Shown here piece by piece: positions 16,404 through 24,089 of a stretch of DNA of 41,890 nucleotides. The position numbers and the translations under genes are program-made. Under the pieces are notes generated by a model. It made no database searches. It was not told the DNA's origin and saw nothing but the letters and a program-made list of their open reading frames with translations. The DNA is taken from positions 1-41,890 of the IMG/VR virus record IMGVR_UViG_3300012943_000017. One strand, given 5' to 3'. How positions within the stretch are numbered: the first letter of the stretch is position 1; each line of letters opens with the position of its first letter. The DNA is from a virus (lineage: Duplodnaviria; Caudoviricetes).

Positions 16404-16649
16404 ATGAAGCTAGCAACCCTTTTAATCACACTCGCCTTAAATGCGAATCTAATGGCAATCCCTATCTGGGAGCTTGAGCCTCACTTTGTTTATTACCGAG
16501 GTTTGATAATCGAGGGCGCAGTCGGCGAGCTTGATGGGATAGTGAAGGAAATAAAACAAGGTGGACAAGTGACGCCTGAGCTAATAGAAAAGATGGAGCT
16601 TAACCTAGAGTTTATCCACGATTCCCTAGGTCATCGCGACGAAAAATAA
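16404..16649 (+). CDS. Small protein with signal-peptide-like N-terminus
   Basis: MKLATLLITLALNANLMA; RBS ggag. Confidence 0.65.
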   Translation: MKLATLLITLALNANLMAIPIWELEPHFVYYRGLIIEGAVGELDGIVKEIKQGGQVTPELIEKMELNLEFIHDSLGHRDEK

Positions 16650-16659
16650 TAATAAATAG

Positions 16660-16683
16660 GGGCATGGGCTTTTGCTCATGCTC
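16660..16683. terminator. Stem-loop between convergent genes
   Basis: gggcatgggc-tttt-gctcatgctc. Confidence 0.55.
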
Positions 16684-16713
16684 GCCTAATTCCTAAAAGG
16701 TGAAGTGAAAACA

Positions 16714-16923
16714 TTAGACGAAATATTCGCCACCTTGCTTTCCTCTTTTTGGCTGATTCAAGCCAGGATTCAACAAAACCTCACAATCCGTCTTTTGCTT
16801 CTTGGCTTCTCTAGCCTTGGAGTATGCGATTGCGATAGCTTGCTTTCTGCTTTTCCCTGCGCCCAGCTCACGCTTAATATTTTCGTGGATGCTCTCTTGA
16901 CTGAATCCATTGACGAGTGGCAT
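16714..16923 (-). CDS. Small basic phage protein (QAIAIAxSKAR family)
   Basis: MPL..G.SQ.SI.ENI.RE..AGKS.KQAIAIAYSKAR; RBS aggagg. Confidence 0.75.
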   Translation of the reverse strand: MPLVNGFSQESIHENIKRELGAGKSRKQAIAIAYSKAREAKKQKTDCEVLLNPGLNQPKRGKQGGEYFV

Positions 16924-16943
16924 GACAACCTCCTATTTTGGTG

Positions 16944-17222
16944 TTAGTGCCTTTTTTTATCATGTCGATTTTTTCCGCTTTTTTCGACATGTCTTAATAA
17001 CGTGTTGAATGAATCAGCACGTCCTTCCACACGACTAATCCGCGTATTGTGGTCTTTCATGTCATCATGCAGCTTGTCGATTTTACGCTCTAGGTCTTTG
17101 CATGAAGATTTAATGCGAGAGTTAATCCAATATGCGCCAAATCCGACATAAAGAAGCATCTCGATATTGATCTTTTGGGCGATCTCAGCCACGCTATTTA
17201 AGTCCATTGAAGCCTCCATCAA
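16944..17222 (-). CDS. Membrane-anchored coiled-coil protein
   Basis: Short hydrophobic stretch then LERKIDKL...TRISRVEG. Confidence 0.6.
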   Translation of the reverse strand: MMEASMDLNSVAEIAQKINIEMLLYVGFGAYWINSRIKSSCKDLERKIDKLHDDMKDHNTRISRVEGRADSFNTLLRHVEKSGKNRHDKKRH

Positions 17223-17276
17223 ACATTTTATCGATCAAGTAAACAACCACACAGGCGAATAGAAAAGTTGGAATGT

Positions 17277-17525
17277 TCATTTTTTATCAAGCTCCTCTTT
17301 TATGGTGTCCATTGTCTCAATGTAGTACTTAACTCTCAGGGCAAGATTATCTATTTGAGCTTGGATAGGGTCTTCGTAATACTCTTTAATATTATCTCTT
17401 GTCTCATAAAAAGTATCGGCTAAAAACAGGGCTATGCCTTCCATAACAGTGTTTATCTTGATGCCATCGAATATTTCTCCGAGGGCGTGATAGACGTCAT
17501 TGCGCTCAACTTCTTTATCTTCCAT
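17277..17525 (-). CDS. Hypothetical protein
   Basis: Abuts the stop of the upstream ORF on the same strand. Confidence 0.65.
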   Translation of the reverse strand: MEDKEVERNDVYHALGEIFDGIKINTVMEGIALFLADTFYETRDNIKEYYEDPIQAQIDNLALRVKYYIETMDTIKEELDKK

Positions 17526-17723
17526 TTAAAACCGCCCTGTCCTGAATTTAACTTCTTTTGTCTCTTCTATTAATTCTTTCAATAACTTCCTGTCTTTAGC
17601 ATGTTCATTATAAACGATTGCCCAAATACCTAAGAAAAATAAAATTAATTCCATCTTAATTATCCTTTTTTTTGAGCTATCCGGAATTTCCGGAGAGCTG
17701 ATGTAAAACCGCTTTACATTCAC
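17526..17723 (-). CDS. Small membrane protein (start uncertain; internal ATG MELILFF possible)
   Basis: Hydrophobic LILFFLGIWAIVY; aaagga RBS before the internal Met. Confidence 0.5.
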   Translation of the reverse strand: MNVKRFYISSPEIPDSSKKRIIKMELILFFLGIWAIVYNEHAKDRKLLKELIEETKEVKFRTGRF

Positions 17724-17749
17724 AAATACCGCCTAGTTTTTGTGAAAAC

Positions 17750-17784
17750 CAGCGGAATCTACCTTTTTTAGGCACATTCCGCTG
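17750..17784 (-). terminator. Putative terminator downstream of the DUF932 gene
   Basis: cagcggaat...attccgctg stem; minus strand continues gttttc. Confidence 0.5.
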
Positions 17785-17792
17785 ATTTGACG

Positions 17793-18587
17793 CTATGCCA
17801 TTACTTCGGCAAGCTCTTTACTCAAGCTCCAGAGTCCAATATTCACCCTTTGATTTTCATGGACTGACTTGACTTGCCTTGTTGTCGAACGCTTTAACAT
17901 TCCCTCTGGATTGCGATAGGAATAGCGTAAACCGCCTCTCATCACATTCTCTTGAACGGTGTTGAATGTTGTCCAGAGATCAGTCTTTTTGTCCTCTGCA
18001 CGGCGTGGAATTAGCAACGCTTCTGGCTTTACATCGACCTCTTCATTCATCCATTTTAACTTCGATGCTCTCTCAGCATATTGAAGACGCACGGTCGGTG
18101 AAAGCTCGATTTCTTTCCATCTCTGCGCTATTCCGATTGTGCTTGGGAATTGTTCGGTCAACTCAAGGGCTCCATTCACTACGCGATTGATAATGTCTCC
18201 GCCTTGGTGCTTTACCCTTAGAGTGTAGCTTTCATCGCCGACAATCAATCCATTCATGCAGACAAGGCGATAGATACCAGCGCGGAGCTGATAGCTTGTA
18301 GTGCCGTCATGTGAATTGATTAAGACAACTTCAGGGAACATACCGCCCATCTCTAACTCGCCAGCCCTGCGGAATCTGATCATGTGCTTTACAAAGCTCT
18401 CACGCCCTTCGATTCTTGTGCCAGATTGCTTCGCACTTACAGGATAAAACCCAGCATCTCCCAGAGCGCGGATTGTATTAATAGTGGGGATAAAGCCGTA
18501 CTTTGAGCTTGTGTGCTCCGATCCGCCTGAGGCAAAGACGCTTGGAACGGTTTTCATTAGCTTTTCTTCGTCTAGGAAAATTGTCAT
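17793..18587 (-). CDS. DUF932 (DUF945) family protein
   Basis: PSVFA...S.KY..IPT, KHMIRFR, EVVLINSHDGTTSYQLRAGIYRLVC.NGL, RR.ED...DLWTTFN.VQEN..RGG. Confidence 0.93.
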   Translation of the reverse strand: MTIFLDEEKLMKTVPSVFASGGSEHTSSKYGFIPTINTIRALGDAGFYPVSAKQSGTRIEGRESFVKHMIRFRRAGELEMGGMFPEVVLINSHDGTTSYQLRAGIYRLVCMNGLIVGDESYTLRVKHQGGDIINRVVNGALELTEQFPSTIGIAQRWKEIELSPTVRLQYAERASKLKWMNEEVDVKPEALLIPRRAEDKKTDLWTTFNTVQENVMRGGLRYSYRNPEGMLKRSTTRQVKSVHENQRVNIGLWSLSKELAEVMA

Positions 18588-18760
18588 TTTTAAGGTCTCC
18601 AGTTGTTTTGTTTTAACCGCTTACCAAGGCTACGAGCCTTGTGCTTGCGTTTATGGAATAAAAGTAACACAAAAGGCAAAATATTCACAACATAAAAAAA
18701 GCATGGTTTACAAAAAAATAAAAGTTTGTCATAGTCAGATTCGTTAAGGAGACGACATGG

Positions 18761-19099
18761 ATGAAGAATTGCTCAAAGTGCGGTCAGCAAAAAAATTTGC
18801 AAGACTTCTACTCCCAGCCGAAAGGCGACCAAGGCGTGACGGCGGAATGCAAGGAATGCAGGCGCAAAAGGTCGGGTAAATGGAAGAAGGACAATCGAGA
18901 GCAAGTCAATGAAGCCGTGCGGCACTATGACTGGATTTACGCTGGCAAAAAGTCAGAGCGCAACCAAAAGTTTAGAGACAAAAACCCAGACTATCAATTG
19001 GAATACAGGAAGAGGCAAGATGGCAATCACAGCGGAAGACATCAAGAATATGAAGAGACAAAAGCGCGTCCGTCACAAATTCGGAGCGGTGAGCTGTGA
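18761..19099 (+). CDS. CxxC/CxxC zinc-ribbon protein (N-terminal module of HNH/EndoVII proteins, no nuclease core)
   Basis: KNCSKCGQQK...DFY...CKEC; basic helical tail. Confidence 0.65.
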   Translation: MKNCSKCGQQKNLQDFYSQPKGDQGVTAECKECRRKRSGKWKKDNREQVNEAVRHYDWIYAGKKSERNQKFRDKNPDYQLEYRKRQDGNHSGRHQEYEETKARPSQIRSGEL

Positions 19100-19376
19100 G
19101 CGAGACCAAAAGAAATTCCCCTCCAAGCTCGAACGCCGATATTACGATCAACTTAAAATTCGGCAAGCGAGCGGAGAAGTTCTTTTTTTCCTGCGTCAGA
19201 TACCGTTTGATCTTCCGGGTGGCGTTAAGTATGTATGTGATTTCGCAGTGTTCCTTGCTGATGGCGAAGTTGCTTTTGTGGACACTAAAGGAAGAGACAC
19301 AACCCTCAGCGCAGCCAAAAGAAAAATGGTGGAAGATCTTTATCCGCTCAAAATCGAAATAGTCACGAAGGTCTAA
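19020..19376 (+). CDS. DUF1064-family PD-(D/E)XK nuclease (ATG 19020 likely)
   Basis: HKFGA......KFPSKLE.RYY..LK, RQ.PF.L....Y..DF, VDTKG. Confidence 0.85.
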   Translation: MAITAEDIKNMKRQKRVRHKFGAVSCERDQKKFPSKLERRYYDQLKIRQASGEVLFFLRQIPFDLPGGVKYVCDFAVFLADGEVAFVDTKGRDTTLSAAKRKMVEDLYPLKIEIVTKV

Positions 19377-19583
19377 ATGGAAACGGTTGACGTCAGATCA
19401 GTTTGTCGGGAGTGCGCCTTAGACTTAAATGCTAAGTGGCCAGAGGGTCACGTCGCAACTTGTTGGAATGGCAAGTGTGGGATTTGTGAGATTGAGCGCG
19501 GAGTTTGCTGCGTCACAGATTGGGAATGGTCGCGTGATTGGTCTATTTTTTTGGGCGTAAGCTCTGGGGCGAGAGAATATTGA
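19377..19583 (+). CDS. Small Cys-rich hypothetical protein
   Basis: CREC...C...CGIC...CC; abuts both neighbours. Confidence 0.6.
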   Translation: METVDVRSVCRECALDLNAKWPEGHVATCWNGKCGICEIERGVCCVTDWEWSRDWSIFLGVSSGAREY

Positions 19584-19811
19584 ATGAAAAACTTTAAGCT
19601 GACGGCGAGAATTTTAGTGCGAAAAGAACGAGACAGCATTTTCGATATCAAGGCGGAGACATCGTTAGGCTCCATCTGGTTTCAGTGGTACAATCAGGAT
19701 GAGGACTTTTGCTTACAGATTAATAAAGAAGTCGCAAAAGAGCTGATTGAAGCCTTGCAAGAAAGTATTAATGAATTAGAGGAGTTTGAGCGTGGCAAAG
19801 AAAAAAGCTGA
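19584..19811 (+). CDS. Hypothetical protein
   Basis: Abuts upstream stop and overlaps the next gene. Confidence 0.6.
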   Translation: MKNFKLTARILVRKERDSIFDIKAETSLGSIWFQWYNQDEDFCLQINKEVAKELIEALQESINELEEFERGKEKS

Positions 19812-20571
19812 GAATTTGCTGGACGGCTATGTCATTGTAAAGCGTCCGATTGATGAGATTTCCTTAAACCCTAGCAATCCGCGTGTGATTGAAGACTCTA
19901 AGTTTGCCAAGCTGGTAACTTCCATTAAGGAAGCTCCTTGGATGCTCAAGATTCGCCCTATCGTTTGTAACAAGGATGATATTGTCCTAGGGGGTAATCA
20001 GCGTCTCAAGGCTTGTAGAGAGGCTGGGCTTACACATGTCTATGTAATCAATGCCGATGATCTTGACGATGAGATGCAACGCGAGTTCCTCATCAAAGAC
20101 AATCTGGACTTCGGTAAGTGGGACATGGAGCTTTTGAAGGTAAACTTCGACATGGAAAAGCTAGACCGCTGGGGTTTTGAAGTTCAGCCTGTGAGCTTAG
20201 ACGTGGGTTCGGTTGATACTACGCCTCCGCCCCCTCTCAATTCCGATGATGCAGCCGAGCCAGAGTTCGACAAGAATGAGCTAGATAAAAAGCTAGACAC
20301 TTACAACAACAACACGATCAAGCAGATCGTGCTATACTATCCAAATGACATCTACGAGAAAGTCCTCAAGAGCTTGGATGAGATTAGTAAAGCCCTAGAC
20401 TGTGACGACAATTCCGAGGTCATTCTAAGGCTCATAAGCCACTATGAATTTAACAATGGAGTTCCTGAACATGAAACCCTCGCAGCAAAAATTGACGCTT
20501 CATCAGATGGAGTTCCTGAGTCCGATCTTCATCCCGACGAAGGGGAGAGCTGGGAAGACGAAGACGGATAA
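19786..20571 (+). CDS. ParB N-terminal-domain protein (terminase/modification-associated type)
   Basis: NPSNPRVI...LVTSIK...RPIVC...VLGGNQRLKAC...DN...G.WD; C-terminal RHH-like and acidic segments. Confidence 0.88.
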   Translation: MSVAKKKAENLLDGYVIVKRPIDEISLNPSNPRVIEDSKFAKLVTSIKEAPWMLKIRPIVCNKDDIVLGGNQRLKACREAGLTHVYVINADDLDDEMQREFLIKDNLDFGKWDMELLKVNFDMEKLDRWGFEVQPVSLDVGSVDTTPPPPLNSDDAAEPEFDKNELDKKLDTYNNNTIKQIVLYYPNDIYEKVLKSLDEISKALDCDDNSEVILRLISHYEFNNGVPEHETLAAKIDASSDGVPESDLHPDEGESWEDEDG

Positions 20572-21235
20572 GTTGATGAGAGAAGTGGGGCTGCGTTATT
20601 GCTTCGTGGTTGAGCCACAGGACAAGGAAAAGTATGCGTCCTTTGGGGCTACAACCCTCACACTTCCAGAGAATGACATGGGCATAACCTATTCTCGCAA
20701 TTTCATTCTCAATCATTGCAGGAAGATAGGGTATCAGTTCTTTTGGATGCTTGATGACGACATTGAAAACTTCGGAGAAGTCATTAATGGAAAAACCGTA
20801 AAAACAAACGCAGAAGTCTTGTGCAAGGCTTTTAACCAAATGGGAAAGTTTGAATTCTCAATGGCAAGCCTTGAGCTGCGCCAATTCGCATGGAGTTCAA
20901 AAGAGCTGACCCAAAACCGCACCGCCATGCAATGCGTCCTTTTCAATGTGAAGAATTGCAAGGACATTGATTACGACCTTAACATTCTCATTCGTGAGGA
21001 TTATGACATGACTTTTCAGGCGATCACAAAGGGCTTCGGTACGCTAAAAACCGCCAAATATTATTACGGAATAGCGGATATGAAGTCGCAAGAAGGTGGA
21101 ATGAGTCAATGGTACAACGAAGAGCGCGAGAAGAAGGAAGTCGAAAAACTCTGCAAAAAATGGGGCGCACTTGTTGAGCCTGAATTTAAAAAGAATAGAC
21201 ACGATGTAAAAATCAACTGGAGAAAATTAAAGTGA
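20507..21235 (+). CDS. TET/JBP-associated GT-A glycosyltransferase (GREB1/J-glucosyltransferase-like); ATG 20507 likely
   Basis: IFIPTKGR, VVEPQD...Y, GITYSRNFIL, WMLDDD (DxD), REDYD, GGM...Y. Confidence 0.85.
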   Translation: MEFLSPIFIPTKGRAGKTKTDKLMREVGLRYCFVVEPQDKEKYASFGATTLTLPENDMGITYSRNFILNHCRKIGYQFFWMLDDDIENFGEVINGKTVKTNAEVLCKAFNQMGKFEFSMASLELRQFAWSSKELTQNRTAMQCVLFNVKNCKDIDYDLNILIREDYDMTFQAITKGFGTLKTAKYYYGIADMKSQEGGMSQWYNEEREKKEVEKLCKKWGALVEPEFKKNRHDVKINWRKLK

Positions 21236-21405
21236 AAGAAATTGATTTAAATGGTTTAAATCCGCAGGAGATATTTGAAACTCTTAAAGGCGGAGATTAT
21301 GAAGGAGAAGACCTCGCACTCCTAACCGAGTGCTGCAAGATTGCAGTCATGTGCGATATTGCTACGGCGTTAGAAAGTATTTCAGCTTCTTTGAAAAATA
21401 GATAA
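21232..21405 (+). CDS. Putative 57-aa acidic protein between GT and dioxygenase (below the ORF-track cutoff)
   Basis: GTG 21232 overlaps the GT stop (gtga); open to TAA 21403-21405; upstream ggag. Confidence 0.55.
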   Translation: MKEIDLNGLNPQEIFETLKGGDYEGEDLALLTECCKIAVMCDIATALESISASLKNR

Positions 21406-21420
21406 ACTAGGAATGTTAAA

Positions 21421-22245
21421 ATGAAAGTAATTGATATTAAACCGAAGGAGTTGGATTTAAAATCATTTAAGATGCGTTCCGCTCTGGAGGCGGATTGCTC
21501 TCAGCTCATAGATTATGACTGCCTCATCACGGTTGACGGCGTTCCCAAGATTCTCCATTGCAAGGTTGAGGCAGACACTTCCGGATTGCGCTGGGCAGTC
21601 AAGAATATCAAGTACGAGACAAGCACACGGACTACAGGGCTTAAAACGACTTCGGCAATATTCGGGTTCAGTCCTAAGAACGCCCTGCGTAAAGACTTTT
21701 GCTCGGCTACTTCGATGGCTAGGAATTGCCCTAAGCAGCATATCGTGATCTGTGAATTCAGCAAGGAGTTGACCAAGCTCTATGAGAAATACTTTCCTGA
21801 AACCCTTCAACGCCACTATGACCTGACAGACAAGAAGGTCAAGGACGAGTGGAAGTTAGAAGGCACTCCATTTACTTCTGGAATTGTTAATAAGAACAAT
21901 CCACTTAAATATCATCATGATGCAGGCAATTTTAAGAATGTTTTAAGCAATATGATAGTATTAAAGAATGGAGTAAAAGGAGGGAGATTAGCTTGTCCCG
22001 AGTATGACATCAAATTTGAGTGCGCCGACAATCATGTGGTCATTTTTGACGGAGCGCAAATTTTACATGGTGTAACACCGATTATTAAACCAGATGACGA
22101 GATGGCTTATCGCTATTCCGTTGTCTACTATAGCTTGGAGCAGATGTGGAATTGTGAAAGCGTCAACGAAGAAGTCCAAAGGATCAGAAAAGTTAAAAAA
22201 CAGCGAGAGTTTAAGCGACTCGCTGGCGGTCAAGATCAGGGATGA
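21421..22245 (+). CDS. TET/JBP-family 2-oxoglutarate/Fe(II) dioxygenase (5-methylpyrimidine oxidase)
   Basis: PFTSGIVNKN...H165-x-D167-AGN, GG.L..PEY, FDG...LH216GVTP, R231YSVVYY. Confidence 0.9.
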   Translation: MKVIDIKPKELDLKSFKMRSALEADCSQLIDYDCLITVDGVPKILHCKVEADTSGLRWAVKNIKYETSTRTTGLKTTSAIFGFSPKNALRKDFCSATSMARNCPKQHIVICEFSKELTKLYEKYFPETLQRHYDLTDKKVKDEWKLEGTPFTSGIVNKNNPLKYHHDAGNFKNVLSNMIVLKNGVKGGRLACPEYDIKFECADNHVVIFDGAQILHGVTPIIKPDDEMAYRYSVVYYSLEQMWNCESVNEEVQRIRKVKKQREFKRLAGGQDQG

Positions 22246-22729
22246 GGATTCGGACAACATAAAAGCCCCTCCTCTCCGTGATCTTAGAAAAAGATGGGTC
22301 GGACCTCCGAGCGATAACGAGCGTGAGCTAGTCCGCAGTTATGCAGCTTTCGGTGCGACAGATGACGATATAGCTGCTGTGCTTGGTATGGCGGAAGCAA
22401 CACTCCAGAACAATTTTGCTTTGGAGCTGATGGAGGGTCGTATCAAATCCAAAGCAAAGATAGGAGAAAAGCTATACAACATAGCAGTAGGGTTTGAGTA
22501 CATGGAGGAGGAAGTTGACCGTCAAGGAAACGTCCATCTTGTTAAGAAAAAATGTCCTCCAAACCTCACAGCCTTGATTTTCTTGGCAAAAGTAAGGCTT
22601 GGATGGAAGGAAACTCAAGTGGTTGAGAATGTCACTAAGAAGACGCAGACTGTGCTTTATTTGCCCGACAATGGAACGAGTGACTTCCAAGGAGAATATG
22701 GAAAAGACCCTAACGCCGCGAGCAAATGA
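22094..22729 (+). CDS. terS: Terminase small subunit (start uncertain)
   Basis: HTH GATDDDIAAVLGMAEATL, PPNLTALIFLAK.RLGWKE, LYLPDNG; directly precedes terL. Confidence 0.82.
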   Translation: MTRWLIAIPLSTIAWSRCGIVKASTKKSKGSEKLKNSESLSDSLAVKIRDEDSDNIKAPPLRDLRKRWVGPPSDNERELVRSYAAFGATDDDIAAVLGMAEATLQNNFALELMEGRIKSKAKIGEKLYNIAVGFEYMEEEVDRQGNVHLVKKKCPPNLTALIFLAKVRLGWKETQVVENVTKKTQTVLYLPDNGTSDFQGEYGKDPNAASK

Positions 22730-24081
22730 TGGACACTGAAGAGATATTCCCTCAACGAGGACCTCAGACAAAATTCCTTTCGGCAAAGGCTGACATCATT
22801 ATTTATGGTGGGGCAGCAGGAGGGGGAAAGACCTATGCCCTGTTGCTTGAAGCCTTGCGTCATAAGGAAGTTGAGGGCTTTTCTTGTGTCATTTTTAGGA
22901 GGAATTCTACACAGGTTCGTAACCCTGGTGGCTTGTGGGACACTTCAATGCAGCTCTTTCCTAAATGTGAAGGAACTGCAAAAGAATCCATTTTGGAGTG
23001 GGATTTCCCTTCGGGAGCCAAGGTTAAATTTGCTCATCTCGAACACGATAAGACTCGGTTTGACTGGCAAGGCTCTCAGGTTCCTCTTATTGGATTCGAT
23101 GAGTTGACTCACTTTACTTGGTCGCAGTTCGTTTACATGCTATCTAGGAATCGTTCTGTTTGTGGCGTTCGTCCTTATATCCGAGCCACCACTAACCCTG
23201 ATCCAGATTCTTGGGTTCGCAAAATGATCGACTGGTGGATTGATGAGAAGACTGGATACCCAATAACAGCGCGTAGCGGACGTGTACGCTGGTTTATCGT
23301 CGTGAATGATGAGACTAAGTGGGGGGACACAAAAGAGGAGTTGCAAGAGCAGTATGGCGATTGCCTTCCGAAGAGCTTGACATTCATTGCTTCAACCGTC
23401 TTTGATAATCAGATTTTGCTCTCAAAAGACCCCGGATATTTGGCTAACTTAAAGGCATTGCCTCGCTTTGAAAGAGAGCAGTTGCTCATGGGAAACTGGA
23501 ATATACGCCCTACAGCAGGGATGTTCTTCCAGCGCACATTCTTTGAGGTCGTCCGTTCAATTCCTAAGAACACAATCAAGGTGCGTTATTGGGACAGAGC
23601 CGCGACCAAGAAGACAGAAACCAATGACCCTGACTACACGGTCGGTCTTAAATTAGAGAAAGATCAAAATGGAATTCTTTACATTACCGACCTAGTTAGA
23701 ATACAACAAAGTCCTCTTCAAGTTCAAAATGCTATTAAAAATTGTGCTTCACAAGATGGGTTTTCTGTTAGGATAGGTGTAGAGCAAGACCCAGGTCAAG
23801 CAGGCGTGAGCGAGGCGGACTACTTAATTCGGTTATTGTCTGGTTATCCAGTCAAGGCTTATAAAGCAACTAAAGATAAAGTAACGCGAGCTTTGCCTGT
23901 TAGTTCCCAGTCTGAGGCTGGAAATATTAAAGTTTTAGCAGCAAGTTGGAATGAAGATTTATTCAGAGAACTGGAGAATTTTCCAGAAGGCTCACACGAT
24001 GACATCGTGGACGCTCTAAGTGGCGCGTTTACCATGTTCTCTGAGTCTAAATACGATCTCTCATCCCTCTCAACCTTGTAG
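22726..24081 (+). CDS. terL: Terminase large subunit
   Basis: Walker A GGAAGGGKT, Walker B IGFDE, ATTNP, nuclease RYWD.A...DYT...HDDIVDA. Confidence 0.96.
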   Translation: MMDTEEIFPQRGPQTKFLSAKADIIIYGGAAGGGKTYALLLEALRHKEVEGFSCVIFRRNSTQVRNPGGLWDTSMQLFPKCEGTAKESILEWDFPSGAKVKFAHLEHDKTRFDWQGSQVPLIGFDELTHFTWSQFVYMLSRNRSVCGVRPYIRATTNPDPDSWVRKMIDWWIDEKTGYPITARSGRVRWFIVVNDETKWGDTKEELQEQYGDCLPKSLTFIASTVFDNQILLSKDPGYLANLKALPRFEREQLLMGNWNIRPTAGMFFQRTFFEVVRSIPKNTIKVRYWDRAATKKTETNDPDYTVGLKLEKDQNGILYITDLVRIQQSPLQVQNAIKNCASQDGFSVRIGVEQDPGQAGVSEADYLIRLLSGYPVKAYKATKDKVTRALPVSSQSEAGNIKVLAASWNEDLFRELENFPEGSHDDIVDALSGAFTMFSESKYDLSSLSTL

Positions 24082-24089
24082 GAGCAAGA

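Noticed and set aside
20456-20519. 13-bp direct repeat atggagttcctga at the ParB/GT overlap
   Set aside because: Real but short; gives two alternative MEFL starts and is most simply a local duplication scar.
19786-20571. ParB as a plasmid partition system
   Set aside because: No ParA or parS array; N-terminal-domain-only type embedded in a modification/terminase operon.
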